From: Balanoglossus misakiensis
Taxonomy: Eukaryota; Animalia; Hemichordata
Direction: 5' to 3'
DNA: 64,000 nt
NCBI GenBank assembly: GCA_040954595.2
Contig: CM082583.2
Coordinates: forward strand, 8,790,254 to 8,854,253
Part shown: positions 52,669 through 64,000 of the stretch, piece by piece
How positions within the stretch are numbered: the stretch's first letter is position 1
Layout: each line of letters begins with the position of its first letter
Notes under the pieces: generated by a model
The model's database searches: none
Seen by the model: the letters and a program-made list of their open reading frames with translations, nothing else
What the model was told of the DNA's origin: nothing
Made by a program: the position numbers and the translations under genes

Positions 52669-55600
52669 TCAGTCGTTGCAAGAGTTGCTTTTCTGCAGCT
52701 CGTCAATTTTGTCGTGGTGGCTCTCTTTCCATTTTCTGACGTAGTCCGCTTCTGTGAGCAAGAGGCGACTGTCGTAGGACACCTTTGTCGACAGGTTGCC
52801 CATCACTAGGTACTCTTTTCCGACGAGCAGGTTCGGGCATGGGCAACTGTTGTGTATCCACAGATACTCCCTGTGCATGAGCGAGAAACTGTTGCGGTAG
52901 GTCTGAACGATGGACACGTCCACGCGGACGCTGTCTCCTATGGCTTTCTTCGAAAGGACCTGGATGTGAGACACTTGAGAGAAGAGCGGATGAATCGTTG
53001 TTAGGGCAACGTCCCCTTGTGTAGGCGAAAAAAGCCATGTATGTGTCCAACACATTTCCCATCACCCCCCCCCCCCCAACCACCACCACCACCACCACCA
53101 CCAAAACGCGAAATTTGACAGATACACTATAGAGATGAATATTATCAAATTAACACTCACCGAAGTCACTTTGACAGAAGTGGTTTAGCACATTTCCTCT
53201 CACTTTCTTGCACTTACACTTTTCTGTGGAGAAAACGAAATGTAAACCAGAATGGATGGAAAATGTTCAGGAATTTCCTTGGCTAGCTAGGAAGAACGTT
53301 CAGTAATTATGATATGTTTTTCACTCTATATGGTAACTTAGAGACAAAGAACCAACACATGATGGTAAACCTACCCCAATTTTCAATGCCCTGATAGAGA
53401 AAATCATTGATTGAGTTTTTTTATTCTCTTTTGCTTCGTGTTCAGAATCCGAGTCCATTAAATTACTACGTTTTTCTGTCACTTGTATTTCCGGTTCAAG
53501 AATAACCGAGAGATATTCGCAACTTACTTGAATTTTCACCCTGCCTTTGACCGCGTCTTCGAGTTTTACCTGAATATGGATAAATGTGATATACTAGTAA
53601 TTACAAATGTGTGGAACTCCTCGCAATTTTGAAAAGCGACAATTAGGCTCAACCCCTTCCGTGCCGGGTCTGGGTCACGTGATGTTACCACCCACGCCCA
53701 TGAGGTCGACAGAAATGATATTCCGATAAGCTTGTGTGTACGTATTGCATGTACTTGTTGACGTCTATGTTCTTGGGTCTACAGCGTCTGAAAAAAAAGT
53801 CCATGTTAGATACCTGAGATTTTCTTTCTCTTTTTCTTGCCCGTCCGTATCTTTGTCCGCCCGGAGTTCTCCTTTCCTTGGTCGACGCTGTTTTTGGTGT
53901 TCTCAACTTCTTTGGTCTCTGTCTCGCCTTCTCGGAGGCTCTTTGTAACGTTCACCTTTTCCAGGTGCAAACTTTGCACCAGGTCCTCTTCTGGCAACCA
54001 ATATTCGTAGTCAATGCCCGGGTTTCGTTCCCGAAACAAAACCTATAATAAGAACCGGACCATATTAGGCCTACAACTTTTTCGCAAAAACCAATGAGTT
54101 TGAAATCGAACCGGAAGTTATAAATGGCATGAGAGCGCGCTCCTACCATCACGTGGAGATCATCGTTGGTGGGACCCATGGCAACGATCTTCTCGAAATC
54201 GTCTGGAGTCCGTTCATACTTCAGTGACGTGCCAGCGGCGTTGTATTTGCCCGGCCAATTGATCGTCCAGTCGCCGTTGAGTACGTACTCGTTCTTCTCC
54301 ATCAATGCTACAAGTACAAATGAGACAAGCGACTAAAAAATCAATCCTCTCCCCCACCCCTTCGCCGATTAGTGGTGATATGATTTTTTGCCAAAGTTGG
54401 AACTAGTCTCGGTAACGCAGACGATCACCGAAAACGAGGCTGTCGAGACCTCGCTACATGGAATTACACACAGATCGGGAATACAACAAAGTGCGGAGAC
54501 GTCCTCTCGTGACCTGATATTCGGTGAAGGAACCTACGTCTCCGTTTGAATAGGGGGAGACCCCTCTTCCAAACCACGAACATCCTTGCATGCCGTCACC
54601 AATCTTTATTGAGCACATCTTACCTAAATAATTGCGGCTCCGATCAGTAATTTCTATGTGAGTTGCACCCTTAGGTATCATTGTAATTTCATTGTACCCC
54701 AATCGACCTTGTAGAAGAGATAAAAAAACGTAGAATGCATATAATTATGTCCATAATCCATGCAGACAGGGGTGTTTATAAGGTTAACATTTTATAGTTT
54801 GGGTGTATATTTTACCAATTGCAACTGTATTGCATAGCGCTTGTAGTCCCAATGACAACAAGTAGCAGTTGATCATGGTCTTTCGTAATATTGAAAACAG
54901 AGGCTTCCGTATTCTCTCTATTTTCACAAAGGTTACGGGGGGGGGGGGGGGGAATCACCTGAAGGCGGAAAGTCGCTCATGTAGGAATCCGTGTGGTGAG
55001 TGCAGCTTGTTCCCCGTCCGCCGCAAACACGACATCTGTCTTCGGTCTTGTTCGAATTGAGTACACCATCACAGCCCACCTGCTATATGTATACAGAGAC
55101 AGAGCAAACCTCTTGTTACAACAGCTTATATACAATCCCTTGTCGGACAATTATTTGGACGAAAGCAACGATGCGATTTCATTTGCGATCTGATACATAT
55201 GGGACTATAATTGACCTTGTTGACCACTACTTAAAAAAATAACGATCATATTGAAACTGTTATTTGTGCTGGAGGTGTCAATGTCAACGATTATCTTTGT
55301 TGGCGATGATACTTCCATGGAAATGATTGATTTCCCTATGTGACGGGGGCACTTCAGGCGTTTATAGAACTAAGTAAATCTTTTGGGAACGGCAAGGTTC
55401 ATTGACTTCAAACACAAAGTGACGAATGTCAAGTACTCAAGCGGGGATGGGGGGAATACTGAAGAAGCACGCTCGCATTTTTTGGTATAAACCTCTATTT
55501 TCTCATGGGACTGGTGCGGCTGCGCCTCTCTGTATACAATGTATATGCACAGTCCCTGTGTGTGATAGAGGGGCTGTGACATATGCAAATGAGGCGCCAG

Positions 55601-58587
55601 GACAACTCTATATTTGCATATTTATGGTATCTCACCGTACCACGCATTTCCCAGCGATGCACATGTTCCGAGTCTCTGTATTACACGGGGTCCCATCCAA
55701 CACTTTGCCAAAGTTGTAATGAAACCAGTGATCTCTGGAATAGCATTGCAAGACACAAGGCAAGAGACCTGTAACATAAAAAAAAGAGAATTCACAAAGT
55801 TTGTACGCCAGAAGATACTTGAAAATAGTTTTAAGTGTCGAGTTTATTTCTCAGTGGTAACTAAGGCGTTGCGCTGCTGGTGGTTCTAAGGTATATAAGA
55901 ATAGGAATAGCATGCGATTTCCACACGCTCTAACACTAGCCCTGGACAAAAGTAAAAGTAAGACTTTGTAAGCTAGAACCTTGAAAATTTTTGACTTTGT
56001 AGGCTGTATAACGTAAGAACACGATTTTTCGGTAAGAACTACGATTTTTTCGGTAAGAACGACGGCTATGCATGAAACTGCCTATCTAAGAACCTTGATG
56101 ATATGAGAGAGCTATAGAGCGGTAATTGTTAATTTTTAATGAGAAATTATCATCGCATCGACTAAAAGTAAGACTTTGTAAGCTAGAACCTTGAATTTTT
56201 TTTGACTTTGTAGGCTGTATAACGTAAGAACCACCAAGTTTCAAAACACGCCACCTACTGACGGGGACAGAGGGAACCCCGGCACGAAATACATGCAAAA
56301 GTTCAATTATATTATAGCACTGTACCGTGTTAGTTATCCCCGGGGCAACTAAGAAACTATCCGTTCCCGGGGCAACTAAAAAACATCACAGTTGGCATGC
56401 ACAGTAAACCGCGCAGCTACAATTGAAACGTGCATTGCCTGGTCCTCTCAGTGATGCCACGGAAGAAACCTCTGTCTCTCCGTCGTGGTATATCAACCAA
56501 AAAGGCCTTTGATTCTTGTTTGTCAGACAGCATCCTAAGTCTTCGGAGAACCGCGCTGGATTCCCGACATCAAGCCATGTTGCCCTCGAAAATGTTTACA
56601 TGTTACCTTTCATGTAAGTTGAAAATCATCGCCGTTTTGAAACTCGAGTCATAAAACAAAAACAAAACAAAAAAACACGGTGAAAGCAATGTCACCGGAC
56701 AAGATTTCCCCCAATGAGCCTTTCGTGAGCGATTATTTCCAACAATGCTCATTTTTATTTGGCGAATAATTCACTCACCATCCAAATAAGGCACCCAGTC
56801 GTTGACGACCTGGCCCAGGACAGTTCTGCCGTCGTAGAGGGCGCATTGCATTTCCCGAAAATCTTGAGAGCCTGGAGAACAATTCTGGACGAGAAAATCA
56901 TAAAACAAAACAACACGAAATCAAATGAGAAGCAATTGAATGCTTTTGGGGGTGAGATATAACAAATGCTGATAAATGATAATTCATTGTATGTATTTCA
57001 ATGAACAGCACGTGCTTTCCGATCTTATAGGAAGTAAACGGCCTTTGCAGAAACGTGAAACTATCAAGAAACAATAATTGCGAAGATGCGTACTATGTCC
57101 GTTATTCCAAATTAGTTCCAATCATGTTGGACAGGCAGAAAGAGCAAACGGTAGATGGCAGACACTGACTGTAGGTTAACACAATTGCTCATAGGTATAC
57201 TGACGTACACATAAAGTGTTGAAGTTTTTTTACCTGCCAGTTGCATGCTTTGAATTGACGGTCATCGCCCACGCAGATGAGTTGCTTTAACGCGTACCGA
57301 TACCTCCATGGGGAAAACACACGCATGGTTTGGTTAGAAACAAACATAATAGAAAATGACATGGAAGTCAATCACAAATAGTACCATGCTGCTTTGAACC
57401 GTTTGCCAAGAAGATCATATAATGTGTGCATGTGTAGTATCAACTTGTCGTGTTCCATGGTTCAGTTATACTTAAAGTTGTATGCGCCTCGAACAGTAGA
57501 TTACTTTATCTTAAAATTGACAATCAAAATTTGGGATCATCATGCAAAAAGTTCATTGACAGACAACGCTTAGTTGTCTCAATAATCGCCACCCTCTGTG
57601 TTAACTGTATGGAGAACATTTAAAGTGGTGATTTTTTAATGAAAACAAGACCGTGTACACCCCGTTTTCGTCTTTTGTTTTCAAAATGAATCCTAACAAG
57701 GAATATTGAAAGATCTTGGAGCTAAATTTTTGTAAACAACTGTCCCCGAGGCAAGGGTTATCCTGTGTATAACTTTAAATACGGCGTGTTTTGAATCAAG
57801 CTGTTGGAAATCAGGGCCTGTTTTTTCACCCCGCTGTCCTTGACTAAATTGGCCGAAGATTGGACAGGATTCTCCCTTTTGAGTGAGCAGTCTCGGTCTT
57901 TCAGTGCAGGAGCTTCTATGCACTGTGGTAATGAGGATTTCTGCAATGCCATGCATGTGTGTTGGGCTTCGTTTGTTGGCGGGCTAACTTGCGTCAATCG
58001 TGTAGTTGATGACAACACAACGAATATTGATATCAAGGCGATAGAGCTGGGATGCATTATGGACAACATGTCTATTATCACCAAGACGTTGTGACACAAA
58101 CCTGGTGATGCAGTTCCTGGTTCTGGTCGAAACGCCGCCCCCACACGACCTGGAACAAGGCGACCATACCGTCCACGATGCCCAGGTGCTGACGGCCTGT
58201 CGTCTGGAGCGAAGAAGTACTCGATTTTCCCCTGTGGCCTATGCAACAAGGATAGATAGGAAAACGTTGTTGCCAAGAAAATAATGAAAGTATTCAACTC
58301 TATTAGAATCTTCATTTTTTTATTTTCAAAATAGGATTAAAATATTAAATATAGGGAACTAGGTAATTCTGTCTTCGATGTCTTTTTGCCATTGCGTGCC
58401 TTGTTTTAATAGTGAACCTTTTCTTCAGTCGTAAGGGGGGGGGGGGCAAGGAGATTGAAAGAAAGCAAGGAAGACCCACCTGAACGCCCTCTGCCGCTGC
58501 AAGAACGCTCAAAACCGCACAGGTTGCCAGGAGACGCCACAACGCAGGCCTGTGAATGGAAACCAAAACACGACGGAAACCATTCAT
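52669..58587 (-). CDS. ADAMTSL5: ADAMTS-like protein 5 (signal peptide, TSP1, Cys-rich module, spacer, NTR/netrin-like domain), 11 coding exons, ~504 aa
   Basis: complement(join(52669..52973,53161..53223,53814..54042,54147..54307,54624..54707,54959..55082,55641..55768,56779..56884,57234..57303,58102..58238,58480..58587)); 1515 nt, in phase. TSP1 WASWTVWSPCSRSCGGGVSTRTRNC; DFREMQC; GKVLDGTPC; VGCDGVLNSNKTEDRCRVCGG; spacer IPKGATHIEI..NYLAL..YVLNGDWTI..PGIDYEYWLP; NTR HFCQSDFV..REYLWIHNSCPCPNLLVGKEYLVMG. No metalloprotease domain. This architecture is that of ADAMTSL5. Confidence 0.92.
55953..56231 (+). repeat. Local ~68-bp direct duplication with internal ~21-bp tandem copies
   Basis: taaaagtaagactttgtaagctagaaccttgaa..tttgactttgtaggctgtataacgtaagaac at 55953-56020 and 56163-56231; gtaagaac(t)acgatttttc repeats lie in between. 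Confidence 0.85.
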
Positions 58588-61500
58588 TGAATGTGAAGGT
58601 GCATGGGGCCCGCGGGGATGTGGAGAGCGCCAGGCGGTGACTGCCGGGACTGTCGTTGCACGGACCACGTACCATGCACTGGCGGCAACATTGTTGACAC
58701 GTTCTTGCGGCTAGTACAGGATCAAGTCCTGCGCGCACGGCCGTGATACGATAATACCCCCGCAGACCCATGTATCCGGCCGGGCATTGCAAAACTGAAT
58801 GCAGTCCGCGCAAGGCCGTAAATTATAAAACGGGGGGAAATAAATCTTGCTGGGGACTTTCTTGGGCGTGCGTGCGGAGTACAAACTGGCAGATGGATCA
58901 TGATGCGCAATCATTCTGCCGCACATCTGTTAACGGTCTTATGTTCTTGTTCTCGTGTTTCTGCAATAATTGGAGTTCTCAAGGCATTAGGTTGTCTAAA
59001 ATAGTTGGTCTTATTACAGTAAGTGGGGCTCCTGGGGTGCCAATATATATTCAAAAAGCGTTAATGCCCCCCCCCCCCCTGCACTGGATTTGTACTTGGG
59101 AGCAGGTCAACTCATCTGACTATGTTCCGCCTCTCAGCGTCTCATTCGAGAGAATGAACACTAATCAGCCCTTGTCGGACATTGACAAGAACAAGACGGT
59201 CTGTGTTTTTAAAGAATGTTAGTGTATGGATCGCGCTTTCGGGTTGTAGGTCGGCATAACAAGCTGTGTGTCTGGTCTGTAACCATCGTCGATACAGATG
59301 CCATCTTCTAATACGGCGCCTCGTTGTACACTATCGACTTACATGTCAAAAGTACATAATAATCGCGCGTTTTAATCTTCCCACCGGTGACCTTAATTAA
59401 AATCTGGCCGGAGGTGATTTCAGCCAAGGAGAAATTTGGCTTATCAAATTAGGGTTTTGTAACGGTTGAGCTTTGGCGAAATAGCCTTCCATTCTCGGTT
59501 TAATGGGGATTGAAAGCTGCTTGAGAACGAGGCTAATCAACACGGGGTCTGCGTGTCCCGTAAGTTGAGACCACCTGGTGATTAGTCTACATGTAATTGA
59601 GTCAATACACATCGGCACGTCGGTTCAGGCTTTGGCTATAACCTTGCTATCAACCCTGGGATGGTATCGGTAAACTTGAACTCGATCATCCCGGAGTTCA
59701 GGATAGAAAAAAAACCAAAGTCGTGTATCAATCGAAGACTATTTGCGAGTTGGAAGAGAGCGTGGCCCACGGGTCAATGGAAAGTTCTGCATCTATAGCA
59801 ATGGACTGTCTTTGATTTGAAAATCACTTAGCGTCGACTGTTTCAAAATCTCTTCCGCAAAGAGAGTTTATTGTGTGGTGGAAAGTGTTCGCATTCATGG
59901 GTGGGGATTTACCGCGTGTAGAATTTTGCGCTTAAATGTTCCAATCCCCCCCAAAAGCTAATCCAAATACCACATCTCGTGTAAGACTGGCACGCTTCGC
60001 GGAGTTTCCGAAATCCGCTCGCTTTGGCGGATGAGTTTGGGGGACGCCATGCCAGTACGTCGTGGAACGTAAAACCGATCTCTGATTGGTTAAGGTTTAC
60101 GTTACGTTACGTTCTATTTCGTTTAGCTTTTCTTTCGTTACAGTTCTTTCAAAAACCTATATACATGTATGCAATTGGAAGTTAGGAATATGCGAATCTG
60201 CGAAATGCATTTTGTCGGGTGCAATGTTTTTTTTTCAAGGCAGGTCTTCTTTAGAAGACGTGCTGGCGACTTACGTCATGTCTTTGGCCAAAGTTTCTCA
60301 TGAATACTGTCAAGTCGCCATGAATTGCAAGGTATACGTGTACATCTAAACTCTAATGGAAATCTCTCCGGCTGATTCAGACGGTAATGGCTGTCGCTCG
60401 GCCGTTTCATTCAAATGTCATGTACTTCGAGTTTCTCTGTACTTCCCATACTTTAAGCTGCAAATGCTCTTTGTCTTCCAAGTGAAAGGGGGGGGTGGCT
60501 GTTTGCGAGCTGAAGTAAACATATTGCCAAGGTCACTACCACTCCCCCTACCCACCACAGCATACATGCAATCTTCAGTCTTCACTGGAAGACTGCCGTG
60601 ATGCATACTTTTGCAAGTCGACAGCTTTGTAGTGGTTTATTTTGGGCCAAAATTTTATCTGGTCACGTTTTTATCTCAAAATGGGGCGGTGACGTGAATT
60701 TCTGTTTTTTATCGTCTGGTCAGTGTCAATATACAATCGATGCATACACTGGTTAATGGTGCCGGGTGATGACAAACTTTTCTTCCTCTGCCGTATTTTT
60801 AGCCATGCATCTGTGCACTCGAGCTCTGCCCGGCCAGACATAGTCTAAGTCTTATGTTTATCCCCCTCTGGTGCAGTAGATCGGATTGGTCCAAAAGTAA
60901 TGCAACCTTCAAAGTTAGGGCATGCGCATTCAGTCCAGCTATCCCCGAAGTAGAACGCTCCACCATCCATGCACTGGCAGTTTCTCGTCACGGTGGTAGT
61001 CTTTTGTGTATTTGACAATGGGCGTCTTTTCCATTTAATTGAATCTCCCGACAGTCAAATACCTGTGACGAATCGGTTTTTAATTCAGCACAATTGAATA
61101 GATCTGCCGGTGGCTGTGAGCTTTTAATGGGACGGTCAACTTTTAAAGACATATAAAATGACAATGGCGTTGTTGACACGACGAAAAGACAAGAATTGCA
61201 TTCCTGCTGATGCGACTTAGAGGGACTAAACACACTGACAGCAGAACGTAGCTGTTAATTTTCCTTTCAGTAATCATTAACGTAATTTTCCATGTGATCG
61301 AACAAAATCCGCGATGACAGGTCTTTCTTGTGAAAGTTAACGTTGAAACACGCGACAAAGCAACGATAATTTTAACCGACCGTCAACGCGGCGATATCAG
61401 AGACGACGCGACGCGAAGCACTGGCAATCGCTATTCAGAACCGTAATAAACAAACATGTGCCCGCTATTTGCATTGAAGTGGCCCGCTACAAACATTGAT

Positions 61501-64000
61501 TCAGTTACTTGCCATTTCAAGACGACGTGAAAACGAGGTCGAGTTTCTTTTGTCATTGAAAACGTTTGTGGCAACATCCCGTTATCGATAGGCATGTACT
61601 TATATTCCGGCGGTTGTGCAAAATGGGCCAGGCGAGTTTCCCCGTTGGCAATTTTCGCTATGTAGCAACGAACTCCCAGACACTCTTTGTAATGCCACGG
61701 GTATACCGTTAGCTCTGCTGGCGATGCCCAGCGCTCGGTAACGGCTGTGGCTGAATACATTCATTAGTCGAAGAGACGGTGGTTTGAATTCCCTGGAAAA
61801 TGTGGTTACCTCCCCTGAATCTCACAGGTGTCTCGTAGCGCGCCCACAACTTCGAGTTTTTATCATAGATTCAGTAGTGTTACATATACACTGTACTGGT
61901 ATTCCCTATACGTAGTGAAGCGAACTTCCGCTCAGAGGTTGCTGAATGCTTGATGAACATCACCACACCGAAGATGAATGCTTTTCATCACGTAGCGCCC
62001 CTGGGCCATTTGCGAGCATAATAGGAATGACCATTACATGATACACTACACCCGAATTATTCGCCCGCGAAGTGCATCGTGTCGAGTATCGGTTCTCTCG
62101 GTAATTATTTTTTTTCTTCTGAAAAGGTGGAATGCGTTCCGTTTGCATATGCGCCAAGTGTTAAGATAAGCCCTTAGGCGATGCGGCAGTTGGGAATTGG
62201 GGGAGAAGTTTCTCCTCTCTTACAGTGACAGTCGGGTCGCTGTGGTCTTTGTGTGCGCAAACCCCGCTACTTTCAACTACATATGTGGTATAGTCATACC
62301 AAAAAAAGTTCGCCAACTCCACCAGACTTCAATTCGGTCACAGACCTTCGCAAGAATAAGTGGGTCGTTCGCTCCACTTTGCACGTAATGGCTATCACCA
62401 AACATTCTTCCTTCACGTACTCGCTGTGGTATAGGTTGCGTATATATACTGTGACGCACTTAAAATTGCGCCGACAAATGAAACATTGCTCGCTCTTTGA
62501 TGTAACATTCACGTTCATCAGCATACATGTCTGCAGCGCTCTCAACCATCCCAGCCCTACAAATTTTACCTAAATATTGCAGAAACAGCCGACTTTAGAC
62601 ACCAGCCGACAACTACATGTGTTTTCCGGTGAAAATACCCCTTTTGGCAATTTCGCACCTTTCCAATGGCATCGGGTTCGCTCAAATACACACTGCAGGT
62701 CGCAAGGGGGCAATTTTGTACACACGAGCTTTCATGAGTAACTGAGCCCCCCGTGTCAGGCCGTTGGCGTGAAGCAACGCTTAGGTCGCTCAGCAGATTG
62801 CAATTTCATGGGGGCATGACACCGATGAACTGTCTTCTTCACGGGCGCTCATGAATACAAGCATGTCGTCAATCAAATTCTTCATGTAAGCGTATATCGA
62901 ATCTTATCGTCGCTACACCCCTGGCTGCCCACCAAAATCCTTGAACCGCCGTTGACACACATGCATTGCCAAGTAAACATGTCACATTTGATCGCTTTTA
63001 CTTGTTTGACCCAAATGTTTACTGAACGGAAGGAAAAGTCCATAAAGAGCAACGTCAAATATTTTTGGAACGGCTCTCCTTTTCACCGCGCAGCGAACAA
63101 TCAGAGGGGAAAGAATGGCCGACTGGTCGACAGTATTTTCCTTCGGCAGTTGGGTCCACTCACGACACTGAAAATTATCCGCATATACTTTCCCCCCGAA
63201 ATTTTCAACAAAATACATGGTGGAGTGTGTCTGCAGTAATTTGCGATTTGGTTTCAGCCCTAGTCACAACTGACAACCAACTAAGTAAAGCCTATGTCCA
63301 AGCTGCCCTATATACTGCACGTGTCTGTCGTTCAAATGTACACAAAACAATGTTACTGTTTTCACTCAGAAAAAGGGGGCAGAGAAATCAAGTTGTTCTC
63401 ACCTGAATGTCTTCGAAGTCATGGCAGACGACAAAAAGTGACCAGTGAGAGTTGTGGCTGCAGTGCACCTGTGCTCTGTCGCGTTCCCCAACCTCGCTCT
63501 GCGCAAGTTCTGACTGGCTGCCTGGATTTCTCTGCAGTTGGACTTCCCTTTGCACTGCGGTTGAGCTAGCTGGTACTACAGCTTGGCACGGTGCTGCGGA
63601 GAAGGCCTGAGTAAATAATGGTGTGAACCACTGACAGCCTTGATATTATAATTCGGGCGCATCGAGCTTGGGCCGGGTTCTATTGACGACGCGTAGAGGG
63701 GAGAGTCCTGGCACGTCCGACCAACCGCCGCAATTCGCACCGAATTCCCTCGCGGTAATCTGAGATCTGCGGAGTTACTTGAAATTCAAACCGACACTTC
63801 TTCCAAACAGTGTCTGTTCGCAGCCATGCCTTGCGTATATACAAAAGCGCAAAGTAAGAACCACGGCAGCACTTGTGACAGTTAGCGATGAGTCGTGTGT
63901 GAACACACCACCAAGTCGGTGAGAGGTGCGTTGCATTTAGTTAACTGTTTCCAGTCCATATAAACCTCATGAGGGAGGGGTTAATAAGTTTACATAGTCT

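Noticed and set aside
57758-58315. 185-aa minus-strand ORF with hydrophobic segments
   Set aside because: It crosses ADAMTSL5 exon 2 in the wrong frame; the TSP1 frame is the real one.

Overview
Eukaryotic, intron-rich, AT-rich animal genomic DNA, most likely an invertebrate deuterostome (inference from gene content and vertebrate-like intron positions; species not determinable here). I reconstructed six protein-coding genes by hand from splice sites and reading phase: cyclophilin B (PPIB, minus, 5 exons), an alpha-arrestin of the ARRDC2/3/4/TXNIP group (plus, 9 exons), two Trunk/PTTH-like secreted cystine-knot paralogs pointing away from each other (minus at 25.5-27.7 kb, plus at 46.0-46.7 kb), a SERINC5-like gene between them (minus, 13 coding exons plus one alternative), and an ADAMTSL5-like gene (minus, 11 coding exons). 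MITE-like elements, a dispersed repeat family and mini/microsatellites are also present. The most interesting observations are: (1) the asymmetric Trunk-like ligand pair; (2) a frame-enforced mutually exclusive exon pair plus a polybasic exon in the large cytoplasmic loop of SERINC5; (3) about 1 kb of ARRDC intron 1 holding perfect IR1, DR2, DR5 and DR4 nuclear-receptor elements; (4) three non-YAG splice acceptors in ADAMTSL5. Family assignments come from recalled motifs, not database searches. All regulatory calls are motif-level inference.
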